Shown here piece after piece: positions 38,047-50,279 of a DNA stretch of 64,000 nt. The stretch's first letter is position 1, and each line of letters starts with the position of its first letter. This DNA is from Chiloscyllium plagiosum (taxonomy: Eukaryota): the NCBI RefSeq assembly GCF_004010195.1, contig NC_057718.1, forward strand, positions 61,032,233 to 61,096,232, written 5' to 3'. The notes under the pieces were generated by a model. The model saw nothing but the letters and a program-made list of their open reading frames with translations. It had not been told where the DNA came from and did no database searches. Position numbers and translations under genes: made by a program.

Positions 38047-39380
38047 AAAGAACACAAGAACATAAGAAATAGGAGCTGGAACAAATCTTTGGGTTCTTTG
38101 TGACTGCTCTACCATTCAATACAATCATAGCTGGCCTTCTACCTCAACATCCACTTCCTGCCTGCTTGCTAAATGCATTGGTGCCTTGAGTGATCAAACA
38201 TCTGTTAACGCAGAATTAACTACATTAAACAATGGAACCTTTGTCACCTTCTGGGGTAGAGAATTCCAAAGACTCAATCTGTTGAATACAGAAACACCAC
38301 CTAAAATTCGTTTTAAATGATCGAACACTTATCATGAGGCTGTATACATTCTCCCCCTCCCCAAACCCCTTATTGCAGACTTATAAACAAGGCAAAACAA
38401 TCCTTCAGCACTGCACTGGTCGACAGAGGAAATAACCTTTCCACATTTACCTTGTCAAGTTCCCTAAGAATCCTATACATTTCACTAAGGTCACCTCTCA
38501 TTCTTCAATATTCCAACAAGTACATCTAATCTAATCTAATCTAATCTAATCTACATACACAATTTAATCAACCTCTTCTTATAAGACAATCCCTACAAAC
38601 CTGGTATTAGCCAAGATAACCTTCCCTGGATTGCCTCCAAAGCCAATATATATTTCCATTGACAATGGATCTAAAACTATGTACAATATTCCAGCTGTGG
38701 TCTCACTAGTGGCTTGCATAATTTTAGCAACTTCTTACCTACTTCTTACTTTTATACTCTATTTCCTTTGAAATAAAGGCCAAACTTCAATTTGCACTCC
38801 CTATTACCCCCATGAACTTGGATACCAGTATTTTGTGATTCTTAGATGAGACTCCCAAGTCCTCTGCTTCATAGCTTTCCACAGTCGTTCTTCAATTAAA
38901 TAATATTCAACTCCTCTATTTGTCCTGCCAAAGTGCATAACATCACATTTTCCCCACATTATATTCCATCTACTATGTTTTAGCTCACTCACTTAACCTA
39001 TCTATATCTTTCTGCAAATTGTGCGTCATCCTCACCACTTACCTTCTGATCTATTTTTGTGTCTTCTATAATCTTGGCTATAGTATATACATTTTCCTCA
39101 TCTATGTTATTAATACTTTATTGTAAGTAATTTTGGCACCAGCACTAATCCCTCAGGCACACAACTAGTTCCAGATTGTCATCCTGAAAATGTCCCCATT
39201 ATCCCAACTCTATTCTATTAGTTACTCAAACTCTATCCATGTTAATATACAGCTTCCAAGCTCTTATCTTATTAAGTCACCTGATCTGTAGTACCTTAGC
39301 AAGCTCCTTCTGAAAATCCAAATATATTATAACCACTGCTTCCCCTTTATTGATTCTGCCTGTTATGTCCTCAAAGAATT
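38047..39380 (-). mobile_element. Older CR1 fragments
   Basis: aagaacataagaa tail; GKCDVMHFGRTN; RT region remnants. Confidence 0.85.
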
Positions 39381-39604
39381 TGGGGAGGAGTGTTTCAGTG
39401 ATTATCATGCACATGTTCATATTTCAATCAACATTCATTTTCATGCTAATGAACATTGTCTGATATATATAATTCCATTACTGGGTAGCTGGCAGACACT
39501 CATCTCCGACTGTCAGCAGGTCAAGACTCCAGCAGATTGGCATTCAGTGCTTCCTCCTCTGCAAATATCAATTGAAAGATGGTTGCCTGTCATACAAAGC
39601 ATAG

Positions 39605-40095
39605 AATTAGCTGGAGAAGGTTCAGAAGAGATTTACCAGGATGTTGCTGGTTATGGAGGGTTTGAGTTATAAGGAGAGGTTGGCTAGGCTGGGAGCTTTT
39701 TCCACTGAGGAGTAAGAGGTTGAATCTTATAGAGGTTTACAAAATCATGAGGGGTATGGACATGGTAAATCATAGATGTGTTTGACCGAGGGTGGGGAAT
39801 TCAAGACTATGGAACATATTTTTAAGGTAAGTGGAGATGATTCACAAAAGACATGAGGGGCAAGTTTTGTTTTTACACAGAGTGGTTTGTGTGTGGAATG
39901 AACTTCTAGAGGAACTAATGGATGCGGGTACAGTTACAATATTAAGAGACATTTAGGTAAGTACATGAATAAGAAATGTTTGGAGGGATGTGGGCTTAGC
40001 ACAGGCAAGCGGGACTAGTTTAGTTTAGGATTGTGATCAGTACAGACTGGTTGGACTGAAGGGCCTTGTTCCATGCTGTGTGACTCGGTAATTCT
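39605..40095 (+). mobile_element. CR1 3' end
   Basis: LEKVQKRFTRML; (ctatgact)n tail. Confidence 0.9.
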
Positions 40096-40455
40096 ATGAC
40101 TGTATGACTCTATGGCTAGAAGACCACCTCCAATACCCTGCCTCTCTCCAATGTTCTGCTCTCTATCAATCAGGAAAGAAACTGTGAGTGAGAGTAATGG
40201 AGTATTTGTACATAGTCATTGGAGAATATTTATTGGTGGTAACTAGAAGGGAGGCTAGGGCATTGCATAAGGATGAGGCTGTACACTGATGTTGGAAGGA
40301 TAGGTGGAGATGTGTGCGTGAATAAATAGTGAGGCAGGAGTGTAACTGAAAGATAAATTGGTAGAAGCAGTGGCATGTTCAAATAGGCTTAAGAAGGCAG
40401 AGGGAAGAATTTGGGGGTCAGCCACATCAAGATACAGGGAAATATGCCCTTGGTC

Positions 40456-40695
40456 TCAGCTTTCCCATAGGTAATTGAAATGCTTCCTGCATTGCATCCA
40501 GTAACCCAAGATCACATTCCTGCTGCTCACAGCCTGAGCAAATTCCAACAATTCTTCCTGCATCTCAGCAGCTGACTTCATCATTCCATTGTGACAGAAC
40601 ATGTCTGCCTCCAGGTCCTTACAGCTATCAGCAGCACATTCAGCATTTTGGTAATCCAGGGGCAGACTCTTCCTGTCTCGTCTCCATTCCGACAC
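40456..40695 (-). mobile_element. Harbinger-associated Myb/SANT-like DNA-binding gene relic
   Basis: EFAQAVSSRNVILGYWMQCRKHFNYL matches the Myb/SANT trihelix pattern (W)xxVAxxVS...RTWxQCRKRFNDL. Confidence 0.7.
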
Positions 40696-41199
40696 TTTCC
40701 ATTTTCCACATCGACTCCAACTGCTTCAACTAGTGTGCAGTGCACATTTAAAAACAATAACAAATGGCAGAATCTAACAACCTTTTGGCTAAGACGGAGT
40801 TGTGTAAAGCTTTTTAGAAGGATTCTGCCATGAAGGCGAGTGCATTTTCTTTCCCCAACTCACCAAATTTGCCACTGACTATTGCCTATTCATCTCCCGA
40901 TTGTGTTAATCCAGCTAGTGGACTTGCTGCTCTGGAAATAGCAGACCTACTGTGGATTGCTATCTGGATTGCAGAGGCATGGACCCACTAATCTCGACAT
41001 GCAAACTTTATGACTGACTGCAGCCTGGTATTTGGACTTCTATGGAAAGCTGACGTTAACTTATTGTGGTGAGAACTTCTGCCTGACAGATGCCTCCAAG
41101 GACTTCATTGAGGACTACTCCCTAAGAGTCAGTTACTTGTACAAAAATAATAGAAAATATAAGAACACAGGTAAAGCTTCTACAAATATACATAAAAGA

Positions 41200-42880
41200 A
41201 GAGACTGGCTAAAGTAAGAATTGGCCTCCTTGGATGGTGAGAGTGAGGAATTCTTATTTTTTAAAAAGGAAATTATAGAGATTTTAAACAAGTATTTTGT
41301 AGCTTTCTTCACAGTAAGAGATATATAAACATAAGACATAAGAATATAGGAGCACAAGTAGGCCATTCAGTTTACCAAGTCTGCTTCACCATTCATTATG
41401 GTTTATGAGTGACCGAATACTTCATTGCCTTTTACACACCCCATCTCCACAACCCTGTATGCCACTGGTAATCAGAAATTGCTACCTTAAACACACACAA
41501 GGAGTGAGCTTCTATAGCCTTCTGTGGTAGAGAATTCTAAAGGTTCACCACACTCCGAATGAAATAAATTCTCATCTTGGATGTAAGTGGTAACCATGAT
41601 TATTAAGTAAGAATTACGAAGAAGTTTATTGGCATCAAACACTGCCAAGTCCCCAGCACCAGCTACCAGAGGAAGTGATGGAGGCTGATACAATTACAAC
41701 ATATAAAAGGCATCTGGATGGGTACATGAATAGGAAAGGTTTAGAGACATACAGGCCTAGTGTTGCCAAATGGAACTAGATTAATTTAGGACATTTAGTC
41801 AGCATTGTTAAGTTGGACCATAGGGTCTGTTTCCACGCTGTACATCTCTTTGACTCTATGACCTAATCGTCTTTATTCTAGGGTCTTAAAGGGAGTGGCT
41901 GCATAGACAGTAGATGAATTGATTGGCAACTTTCCAAAACCAGCTCAGAATTTGTAAAGTCCTAGCACATTAAAAACCCACAAATATAACATAACTACTC
42001 AAGGAGTGGGAGAAACAGAAAATGAAAAACTATTGGCTAGTTAGTTTGAGATTTGTCATAGGGGAAATGCTGGATTTCATTATTTAGTGAGTAATAACAA
42101 AGCATTTATAAAGTCATACTACAACCAGCCAGGGTAAATGTGGTTTTGTGAAAACTATTCATTGTATTACTTGGGATTATAATGCTTTGTAGGAAAACAT
42201 GTTATGTGAAGAAATACAAAGAGTCTGCAAAGGGTCATAAATAAGTGAAAGAGTTGACAAAGAATTAGAAGGTGAAGCACAATGTGAAAAAAAAATGTAA
42301 GCATGTTCATTTTGGCAGGCAGAACAGAAGAGTATTGCTTTAAAATTAAACTATTGTTTAAGTTAGGAGAGTCTACACAATGCTGCAGGAGACAGGGATC
42401 TGGGTAAGCTCACCTATGAATCGTAGAAGCTAGGCATGCAGATACAGCAATTAGGAAGACAAATGACTTTATTGATAGGGGAGAGAGGTAGAACATAGAA
42501 GTAGGGAATTATTGGAGCAATATAGGATATTGTTGAGTGTGTTGGACTGCAGTGTACAGATTTGGTCTCTTTACTTAATGAGGGATAACATCATTGAACA
42601 GGTTGATTCGAAAAAGTTATGATGTACCGCTGCACAAGTGGGACTTGAACCTTGGCATCCTGGCTATGAGGTGAGGAATAATTGCAGTGGAAGCATCTCA
42701 GATGTTTCCCAAGACTTGATTACTGAAGTTAATCTAATAAGGTAAAGCCGGGCAAGTTGGTCCTAACCTCATTGAAGTTTAGAAAAATGGAAGGTAATTG
42801 AAACACAAGATTCAGCGGGATCTTTATAAGGTCAATGCTGGGAGAATGTTTTCTCTCATTGAAGAATCTCGAACTAGGAA
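41200..42880 (+). mobile_element. Old CR1 relic with younger CR1 3' ends nested (41330-41600 -, 41665-41860 +)
   Basis: EILNKYFVAFFT and other ORF2 remnants; nested tails. Confidence 0.75.
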
Positions 42881-42885
42881 TATAG

Positions 42886-43340
42886 TGTCATAAAGCTAGT
42901 CCCCTCTTCTTCTAAAAGCTGTTCCTTGGCTCAAGGATACTTTGTTCTTTGATTTTTTTCAGAGGCGTAATAAACCAGGCTGGGCTCCAATCAGTCTGGT
43001 TTGGTACAAAGATGAAAAGGATTTTGAGAGGCCTTTTGTTTATATGGAAACAGATGAAACTTCAAGCCAAAGTGGTCATGTTTTAGAAGTGATCTGTATA
43101 AAGAACAGGGAGTGGTCAGCTCTTTAGCTGAGCTGAGCAGTTTTAGTTCAGTCTTGAACTGGTTGGAAGTTGAACAGGGAGCTGTGTGGAAACTCACTCT
43201 CTTTTTGCCCTTCAACTTGAACCTGTAAGTATTTGTTCCATTTATACTGATTTGTAAAGAGAGTTTGCTTATTGGGCCTGTTGTGTATATTCGGAACAAC
43301 ATAATTAAGTCGAGTCGGATAGGTGGAGTTCTGTAGGCAT
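42886..43340 (+). mobile_element. Probable LTR fragment
   Basis: Starts TGTCATAA abruptly within a CR1 3' region; LTR-like composition; no 3' CA end identified. Confidence 0.4.
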
Positions 43341-44327
43341 TCTCCCCATTAGGATTCTGGTGAAGAGGATTTTTTTTCTCTCAAAGAGCTATTAGTCTTT
43401 GGAATTCTTGTTCAAGACAGTCAAGGTTTATAAGGCAGGCAGAAGATTGTGAAATTAAGGTCACTATCACATCAATCATATTCTTCGACATACTGCAACA
43501 CTTGATGGTCCAAATGGCCCACACCAGTTCTTATTTGTTATGATCTTTGTCACATATAGAAACACATTATAGTTGCTTGACTGTCATTGCGTCAGAAGTG
43601 AACTCCTACTGAACAACATTATGAACGTTCATACAGCCCAGTGGCTGAAGTTGTCCTAAAAACTAAAAACAATTTAGGATGGTTAATATGTACTGACATG
43701 CAATATTTGAATGCACTCAATTTCCATGAACAGATTTAAAAAACAAATTATTGAGTTAGCATCATGTGGGTCAGTATCATGCCCACTTATACTACTCGGA
43801 CAGGGAGCACAAATAATGTGCTAATGAAGTGGCTCCACTAAAAAGCCACTGATATAAGAGCTGCACATATTTCTGGCTTTTCCATGTGTTGAAGCTGACA
43901 TCCCACTCCCCAAGGATCTTGTATTAAAATCCAGTCTAAAGTAATTTTTTTCTTAATTTTAATTTATATTTAATAACACACAATCTGGACATCGCTTTAG
44001 GACACCTCCTAGTATAAACAACTTGACACATTGAATTCTTCTCACATTCCATGAATATGCTTGCAATATAAAGTTTTGCGCATAGTGACATTTGGCCATT
44101 TATGGATAATTAATCATTTAACCTTCAGAGGGCTCTTATAGCACAGTGGTAGAGTCCCTATTTTGGGTTAGAAGTTCTGGGTTCAAAACCTTCCTACTCC
44201 AGAGGTTTGTCATAACACATCCGAATAGGTTGATTAAAAACCATTTATAAATATTGGGGTCAAAGATTGAAGGATCATATAGATTATTGTAGTTTATTTT
44301 GTGTAATAAAAAATGTTTGAGCTTTAC

Positions 44328-44352
44328 CTTGCTGCTTTCAGAGCTGCAATTC
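44328..44352 (-). other. Candidate 25-nt microexon
   Basis: ttaactcttatatttcag|GAATTGCAGCTCTGAAAGCAGCAAG|gtaaag; two frames open (GIAALKAAR or NCSSESSK). Confidence 0.3.
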
Positions 44353-44947
44353 CTGAAATATAAGAGTTAAATCTATTTATATATCAAGGTTATTTAAAGA
44401 AGCATTATTTCCACCCTGAAGAGGCTAATGTTTTTTCCCCATTGTTTTCTATCGAAAGTAACCCCAATTAACAACCAGGGTGCTGCACCTGGAACATTTA
44501 GGCAATGTTTATAAATTGTTTTTTAAAACAATTTTTTACCCTGATTTGGAATAACTTTGTTTTAGACCTGTGAAGTTGAAATAGTTTCCAAGAATAAAAT
44601 GGGATTGATTTCAACCTTCCCTGATAGAAGTGGGCATTGACATTTAAAATCGTCTAGGTTACTCAGCTATCCAAGAGTGAGAAGACACTAACCTTACCCA
44701 ATTTTAATTGACTTCACTTAACTGGCTACAAGAACATTAGCCCAAAATCAAGATGGTTATTCTTCCTTTATTGGCAAGTGACTATAATATCATTGCTTCT
44801 TAACTGAAATTTGAATTCAACACAGTTTCTCCTCTTGGGTTCACAACAGAAGCTTAACCTATCCTGTTGTGGACTCACTGGTCCCTTCATCGTACAATCA
44901 TGAGATGCCGGCCATCTATCCCACCATCCATTCGGTATGAGCAATGT

Positions 44948-45101
44948 TGGTAAAAACAATGACTGCAGATGCTGGAAACCAGATTCTGACAGCAGTTCAG
45001 GCAGCATCCGAGGAGCAGTAAAATCGACGTTTCGGGCAAAAGCCCTTCATCAGGAATAAAGGCAGAGAGCCTGAAGCGTGGAGGAATAACCTGCTATTCC
45101 T
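44948..45101 (-). mobile_element. Short PLE-derived element with intact hammerhead core
   Basis: Minus strand CTGATGA-A-GGGC tttt GCCC-GAAA-CGTC at 45026-45053; TSD gtatgagcaatgt at 44935-44947 and 45102-45114. Confidence 0.85.
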
Positions 45102-45679
45102 GTATGAGCAATGTAGATCAGGCAGCATTTCTGTACAAGAGTGATTAATCATTGGGAATGTTTAGCTGCAGGCCCTGCCCCTCTAGGAAGTGTCCTCCAG
45201 GGAAAATATGCCAACTTTTTGGCTGCTCAGTTTTTGAGCAGAATGTTCATCTCACATGCTCGAGTCACTAATGGCCACTTTGCATCCAGGCAACAGATGA
45301 AAGTTATAATCAATAAACTCATGCGGAGTAGATTTAGGGTAGAATTGCTGTATTCAAAGAATGGAGCAGAATCCCTTGGTGCCAATACCTTCTGCACATT
45401 GGAGAAGCACTTCTCCTTGAGTTTCATGTAATAACAACACCATTGCCGCTTTGCTACTTCCAACTTTGTCATGTATGAAAAGTTAGTCAACCTGTTGAAA
45501 TACCTTCAATGCACTCACACAGCCTTTTTCTCTTGAGGAGTTAATTTCCCATCCATTGAATCAACTGAAATAGAAATTCTGTCCTTAAGGGGTTTATCTG
45601 AAACAAATGTGATAACTCCCACATTTTATTGGTAAGTGCAAACAAAATCCTAATTTGGCATTAGGTGGTGCTAAAAAGT

Positions 45680-45870
45680 CAGTTAGCTCAGTGGATGGTT
45701 GAGTTGGGATGCAGAGAGATGCCAAAAGTGTGGGATTAATTACATGACTGGCTGAGGTTATCACAAAGGATTCTCCTTCACAGCCTCTCCCCTCATGTGA
45801 AGTGTAGTGACGCTCAGATTAAAACACCACCAGTTGTCTCTCACTAATAATTTGGTAGGACTCTCGTTTG
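45680..45870 (+). mobile_element. Decayed tRNA-derived SINE
   Basis: ttagctcagtgg A-box-like head; body ggctgaggtta...ctctcccctc...ccaccagttgtctctc. Confidence 0.5.
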
Positions 45871-47559
45871 GTGTTCTATGGCGAGTATTTTTGACATGAA
45901 CAATCAATTCCAATTTTGGAGAATGAAAATGTCAAAATGATCTGCTTTGCTGGGGGTGGAAGCACTATTTAGACAAAGTAAAAGTGGTTTAACACTACAC
46001 TTAACTAATACTTGATCTCAGAATGGTTGAACAAACATTTCAGTATCAAATAACCAAACTATCATACGAGAAGCAAAGTATCTTACAGCTCAAACATCTT
46101 ACATGCACATTGTTTCCTTGATTTTTCAAATGCCTTAATAGATAACATAGTCCCTTAAATGACCACAAGCATGTTTATAAATATTCACTTGAGATACATG
46201 AAGAAATGTTTTTGTCTCATTCTTTAATGCTTAGAATACAACTTTAATTGATCCTAAATAATCAGTGAAAAAAGTACATAATTTATGTTTCAGTATAAGG
46301 TGGGGTCTTCAGTTCTTGGAGGTGGTGAGACTGAGGCAGGAATGGAACTTCCTTGGATGGTATACAATCGCCATCTTCATTGGAATTAAGTCCAGGGCAG
46401 GACGTCAATGCTAATCCTTTTGTCCTCCTCTCACTTGAAGCTCATAAATGGCTAATTAAGACTAATTGATGAACTGAGCCCATTACCTCAGAGTAGCAGA
46501 ACTGTCACCATGCAGTCCCCAATCAAAGACAATTGTGACTGATCGGTAGGTTAGGATTGTTCAGGAGAGTATCCACTGAAACCCTCACTATTCTTGGATC
46601 TGATTCCCTCACCAAACAAAATTCACTTACTCTAGTCCCTGGTCTTCCATGATCTTGGGACTCTGGAGCTGTTTTTCCCAGCAGCAACCATAGCCTCCTC
46701 CAATGTGCTGCTGACCTCTGAATGGCTAGCAATTCTAGCTGCATGGAACTTCTGCCTGTGGGGTCCTAATTCCAGGCTGATTGCAAGCTTTCCACTGCCT
46801 GATTGGCATGAGATTCAGTTCTCATTACATATTTCCACAAAAATTGGAACGTACTCTAAGAGGTAACTTGCATTGTATCTTAAACAATGAAAATGAGGAG
46901 TGCAACAATTGTATGCATTGGCATAATGTTGAGCATGTCTGTCAGATCTGATAATGAGTACCATATCAAGCAACAAGACTATTCTGCAGTTTCAGAGGAG
47001 GAAACCATTTTCCAGTTTACTGTCTATGGCTTATTAGTACTGTTATAAAGACATGGTTATGTCAAACATTAATATTTAACACAGTGGCTAAATTCATACA
47101 TTATAATTTATGTTTAAAAATGACAATTTTATGGAAGCAAGTGTATTGACTTACATTAAAATGGCTGCCACAAGTTGTATTATAATACAGTCCACATTGC
47201 ACTTCACTGCAGACAGAGGGTTTGCTAATATCCCAACAGAGTCAATAAATCCCAAAGGAGTGTTCAAGATCTTGTCTTTTGTACCATTCGCAAGGCATCA
47301 AGACAAACAGCTAAGACACAGCTATTGGTGAAGAGATATTAAATATAATCACCTGGGACATGGGACAATGCTGAAGTTGACTTTGCAGATGTGAGCCAAT
47401 CAAGCTCAGATTTGCAATATATGATAAGCAGCCTTAATTCCACACTCCTATTCATAGATGAAAGAAAGTGCCCTGTTTGCTGAGTTTAATTGTGGACATA
47501 GAATTCTTAAATTGACATATATTACTTCAGAGGCATTTTCAGAGAAGAAAAATGGACCA

Positions 47560-47998
47560 TCTTGGCTTTTAAACCACTGCAGTTGAGAGTAAGGCCTTCA
47601 GATAACCACAGTCAGACTTGACAGCATGTTACAAAGATGAACTTTGTTTTTTAAAAAGAAGTCTTTTTTGTCAACTGTCATGAAGCCACATTTATCCTCC
47701 CCTGCTCTGTAATTTGTATTTTAATGTATGGCTCAAGTGCATGTATGGGTTCGCACCATTTGGGTTATATTTTAACATATTAAACTTTTTAAATTTTTTT
47801 TAATGAAATAAAGCTAATCCCTTCCTTGTTAAGCTCAAAGAAGCCTGTCTGACTAGCTCTCGAGACTCAGCATATAAACAGTTAAATGCACATTCTGATT
47901 TGGCAAGTATAACTGTTTAAATTTAAAAACCCTGTTATGATCCAATTAGTAGTGGGAAAATGGGGAGCCATTTGACCCCTCCTTACCTGGTCATAACA
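47560..47998 (+). mobile_element. Probable LTR 3' portion
   Basis: AATAAA near 47807 and terminal ...cctggtcataaCA; 5' boundary unclear. Confidence 0.45.
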
Positions 47999-48584
47999 TT
48001 ACTCATTCCATTCCTCCTTAAAATGTTGATTCCCAAAATTGAATTGATGCTATCCAGCAGTCTTCAAAAGCTTTCATTGACTTCTAGGTGTAAAATTAGT
48101 TACCTTCACCTAAGCCATGAGCTGGAAGAATTCAGTGCAAACACTGTTCACAATAGTTTTCTATCTAAACAATCAAGGTGGAATTCTGCAGAGTCAGGGC
48201 CCAAGTGACACTCTCACATGAGGCAGACTTGCCCGATATAAATTTGTGTCAAAGACGCTAAAAATGGAATCAGTACCTAGTCTGCATTTATACAGTATAG
48301 TCATTTTTTTCTGAAGATCCATACAGCTGTGGACTAATTAAAATTCTTAGAGGGATCACTGTGACAGTCAACAAAATATAAAAATAGCAGATAAGCTGAG
48401 TTTTGAGAGTGCCAGAAATATATATAATCAGACACAGCAACTTATAAAGCTTAGAGGCACTATTTTTCTTTTATCTTCCTTTGCCTTGGTTAAATGGTAA
48501 TTGCAAAACTTGTGTAGTTTTAAAGACAGGAATAATTGGCAACTATTTGACATTGAAAGTTGCCTCTATAGGAAATCATCAACT

Positions 48585-49190
48585 TAGTGTCATTGAGATG
48601 TACAGCACAGAAACAGACCCTTCGGTCCAACTCATGCCAACCGGATATCAGAAATCAATCTAGTTCTATTTGCCAACACTTGTTCAGAAAAGATTTCCTC
48701 AAAGAATTCTATTAAATTGGTAAGGCATGACCTTGCCTGCACAAAACCATGTTGCCTATCACTGATAAGCCCATTGTCTTCCAAATATAAATAGATCCTA
48801 TCCCTCAGTATCTTCGCCAGCAGCTTCCTTACCACCGATGTCAGGTTCACTGATCTATAATTACCTGGATTATCCCTGCCACCCTTCTTAATAAAGGGGG
48901 CAACATTAGCAATTCTCCAGTCCTCTGTAACCTCACATACGTTCAAGGATGCTGCAAAGATATATGTTAAGGTCACAGCTATTTCCTTTCTTGCTTCCCT
49001 CAGTAACCTGGGATAGATCCCATCCAGACATGGGGACTTATCCACCTTAATGTCTATTAGAATACCCAATACTTCCTCCCTCCTTATGTCGACTTGACCT
49101 AGAGTAATCAAGCTTCTGTCCCTAATCTCAACATCCATCATGTCCGTCCCCTCGGTGAATACCAATGCAAAGTACTCATTAAGAATTACA
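48585..49190 (-). mobile_element. CR1 fragments (short 3' tail joined to an ORF2 internal piece)
   Basis: DKSPCLDGIYPRLLRE...WRIANVAP...NYRSVNLTSVV...[20 protein letters not shown]. Confidence 0.93.
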
Positions 49191-49433
49191 CATTATATCT
49201 TCTGTATTTGCATTGATCTGTAGAGTATTTGGACTCATACAAAAGTAAGGTTAGAAAATTAATCAATGACCTCAGTAATTATCAACACTGTATTGTATTT
49301 GTACCCACAAAGAAAATATTAATTTATTTGACATTCCTGTATTTAAATTGGCACAGGCAGCAGGTATAAGTTAGCAATAGAAGTGTTTTCTGAAAATAAT
49401 TAGCATACACAAAAAAAATTACCCTAAACTCAC

Positions 49434-49458
49434 CTTGCACAGACTGGTAAGGTTACTG
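49434..49458 (-). other. Candidate 25-nt microexon (NAGNAG acceptor)
   Basis: atattttag|CAGTAACCTTACCAGTCTGTGCAAG|gtgagt. Confidence 0.3.
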
Positions 49459-49643
49459 CTAAAATATTCCCAATTGATGTAGTCAAAATTTAAACCAAGT
49501 AGTTATCACACTTTATACTACATCACAGATCTCAATCATCAGTGTAAAGTTAAAATTGAAACACTTTTCATTTTTAATATTTTGTTTTCCTATTTCCTGC
49601 CTTCAACTAGAGATTCCACATTTGTTTTCAAGGAATTCCTTAC

Positions 49644-49739
49644 CTGAGGAATTTCAAGTTTTCCTGGCTCCAAGTTAATCGAGTAGTCCTTTGTTGACAG
49701 CTGTTTGCAACTGTCCTCTTTCCTTTGTAGCTTCCCCAT
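49644..49739 (-). other. Candidate first/upstream exon with ATG
   Basis: AAGATGG Kozak context, 32 codons MGKLQRKEDSCKQLSTKDYSINLEPGKLEIPQ, CAG|GTAAGG donor. Confidence 0.25.
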
Positions 49740-50279
49740 CTTTCTCACAGTCTCCTGATCACATGATCCCTTCTGACAGCCGTCTTCTTACTGACCACCA
49801 TACTGCCTTCTTCTCCAACCCACCCCTTGTGTGACAAAATTGTTAATAGCCACTAATCTGCCCAAATCTGCATGTTATCCAAGGATTGCTGAATGTGGAC
49901 ATTGGACTGCTTCAGTTTCTGAGAGTTGAAAATGTTATATATGTCTTGCCCTGTCCACCCATCAAGCATGTTGCAGTTTGATGTGTTTACTGTATTATAA
50001 TATAGACTATTTTGAAAGCAATCAGTTGAACTACATTTATAGCACTGTGCACAAATTGAAATAATGTATGACACTGGCAGCAGTTTGAGTGAAGATGTGA
50101 GAAATGTACAAGGGATGATCCATCGCATATTGTGATCTAAATGCAAGGTCTTCACTACCTGATTACTAACTGTACTCCATCTTACACATAGCTGGAGTTT
50201 ACAAGTAAACTGTGGCATGCCATTCAACAAAACTTTAAAATTTAGACTTTGCTCAGATGATTGTAGTGCAAGACAAAAC

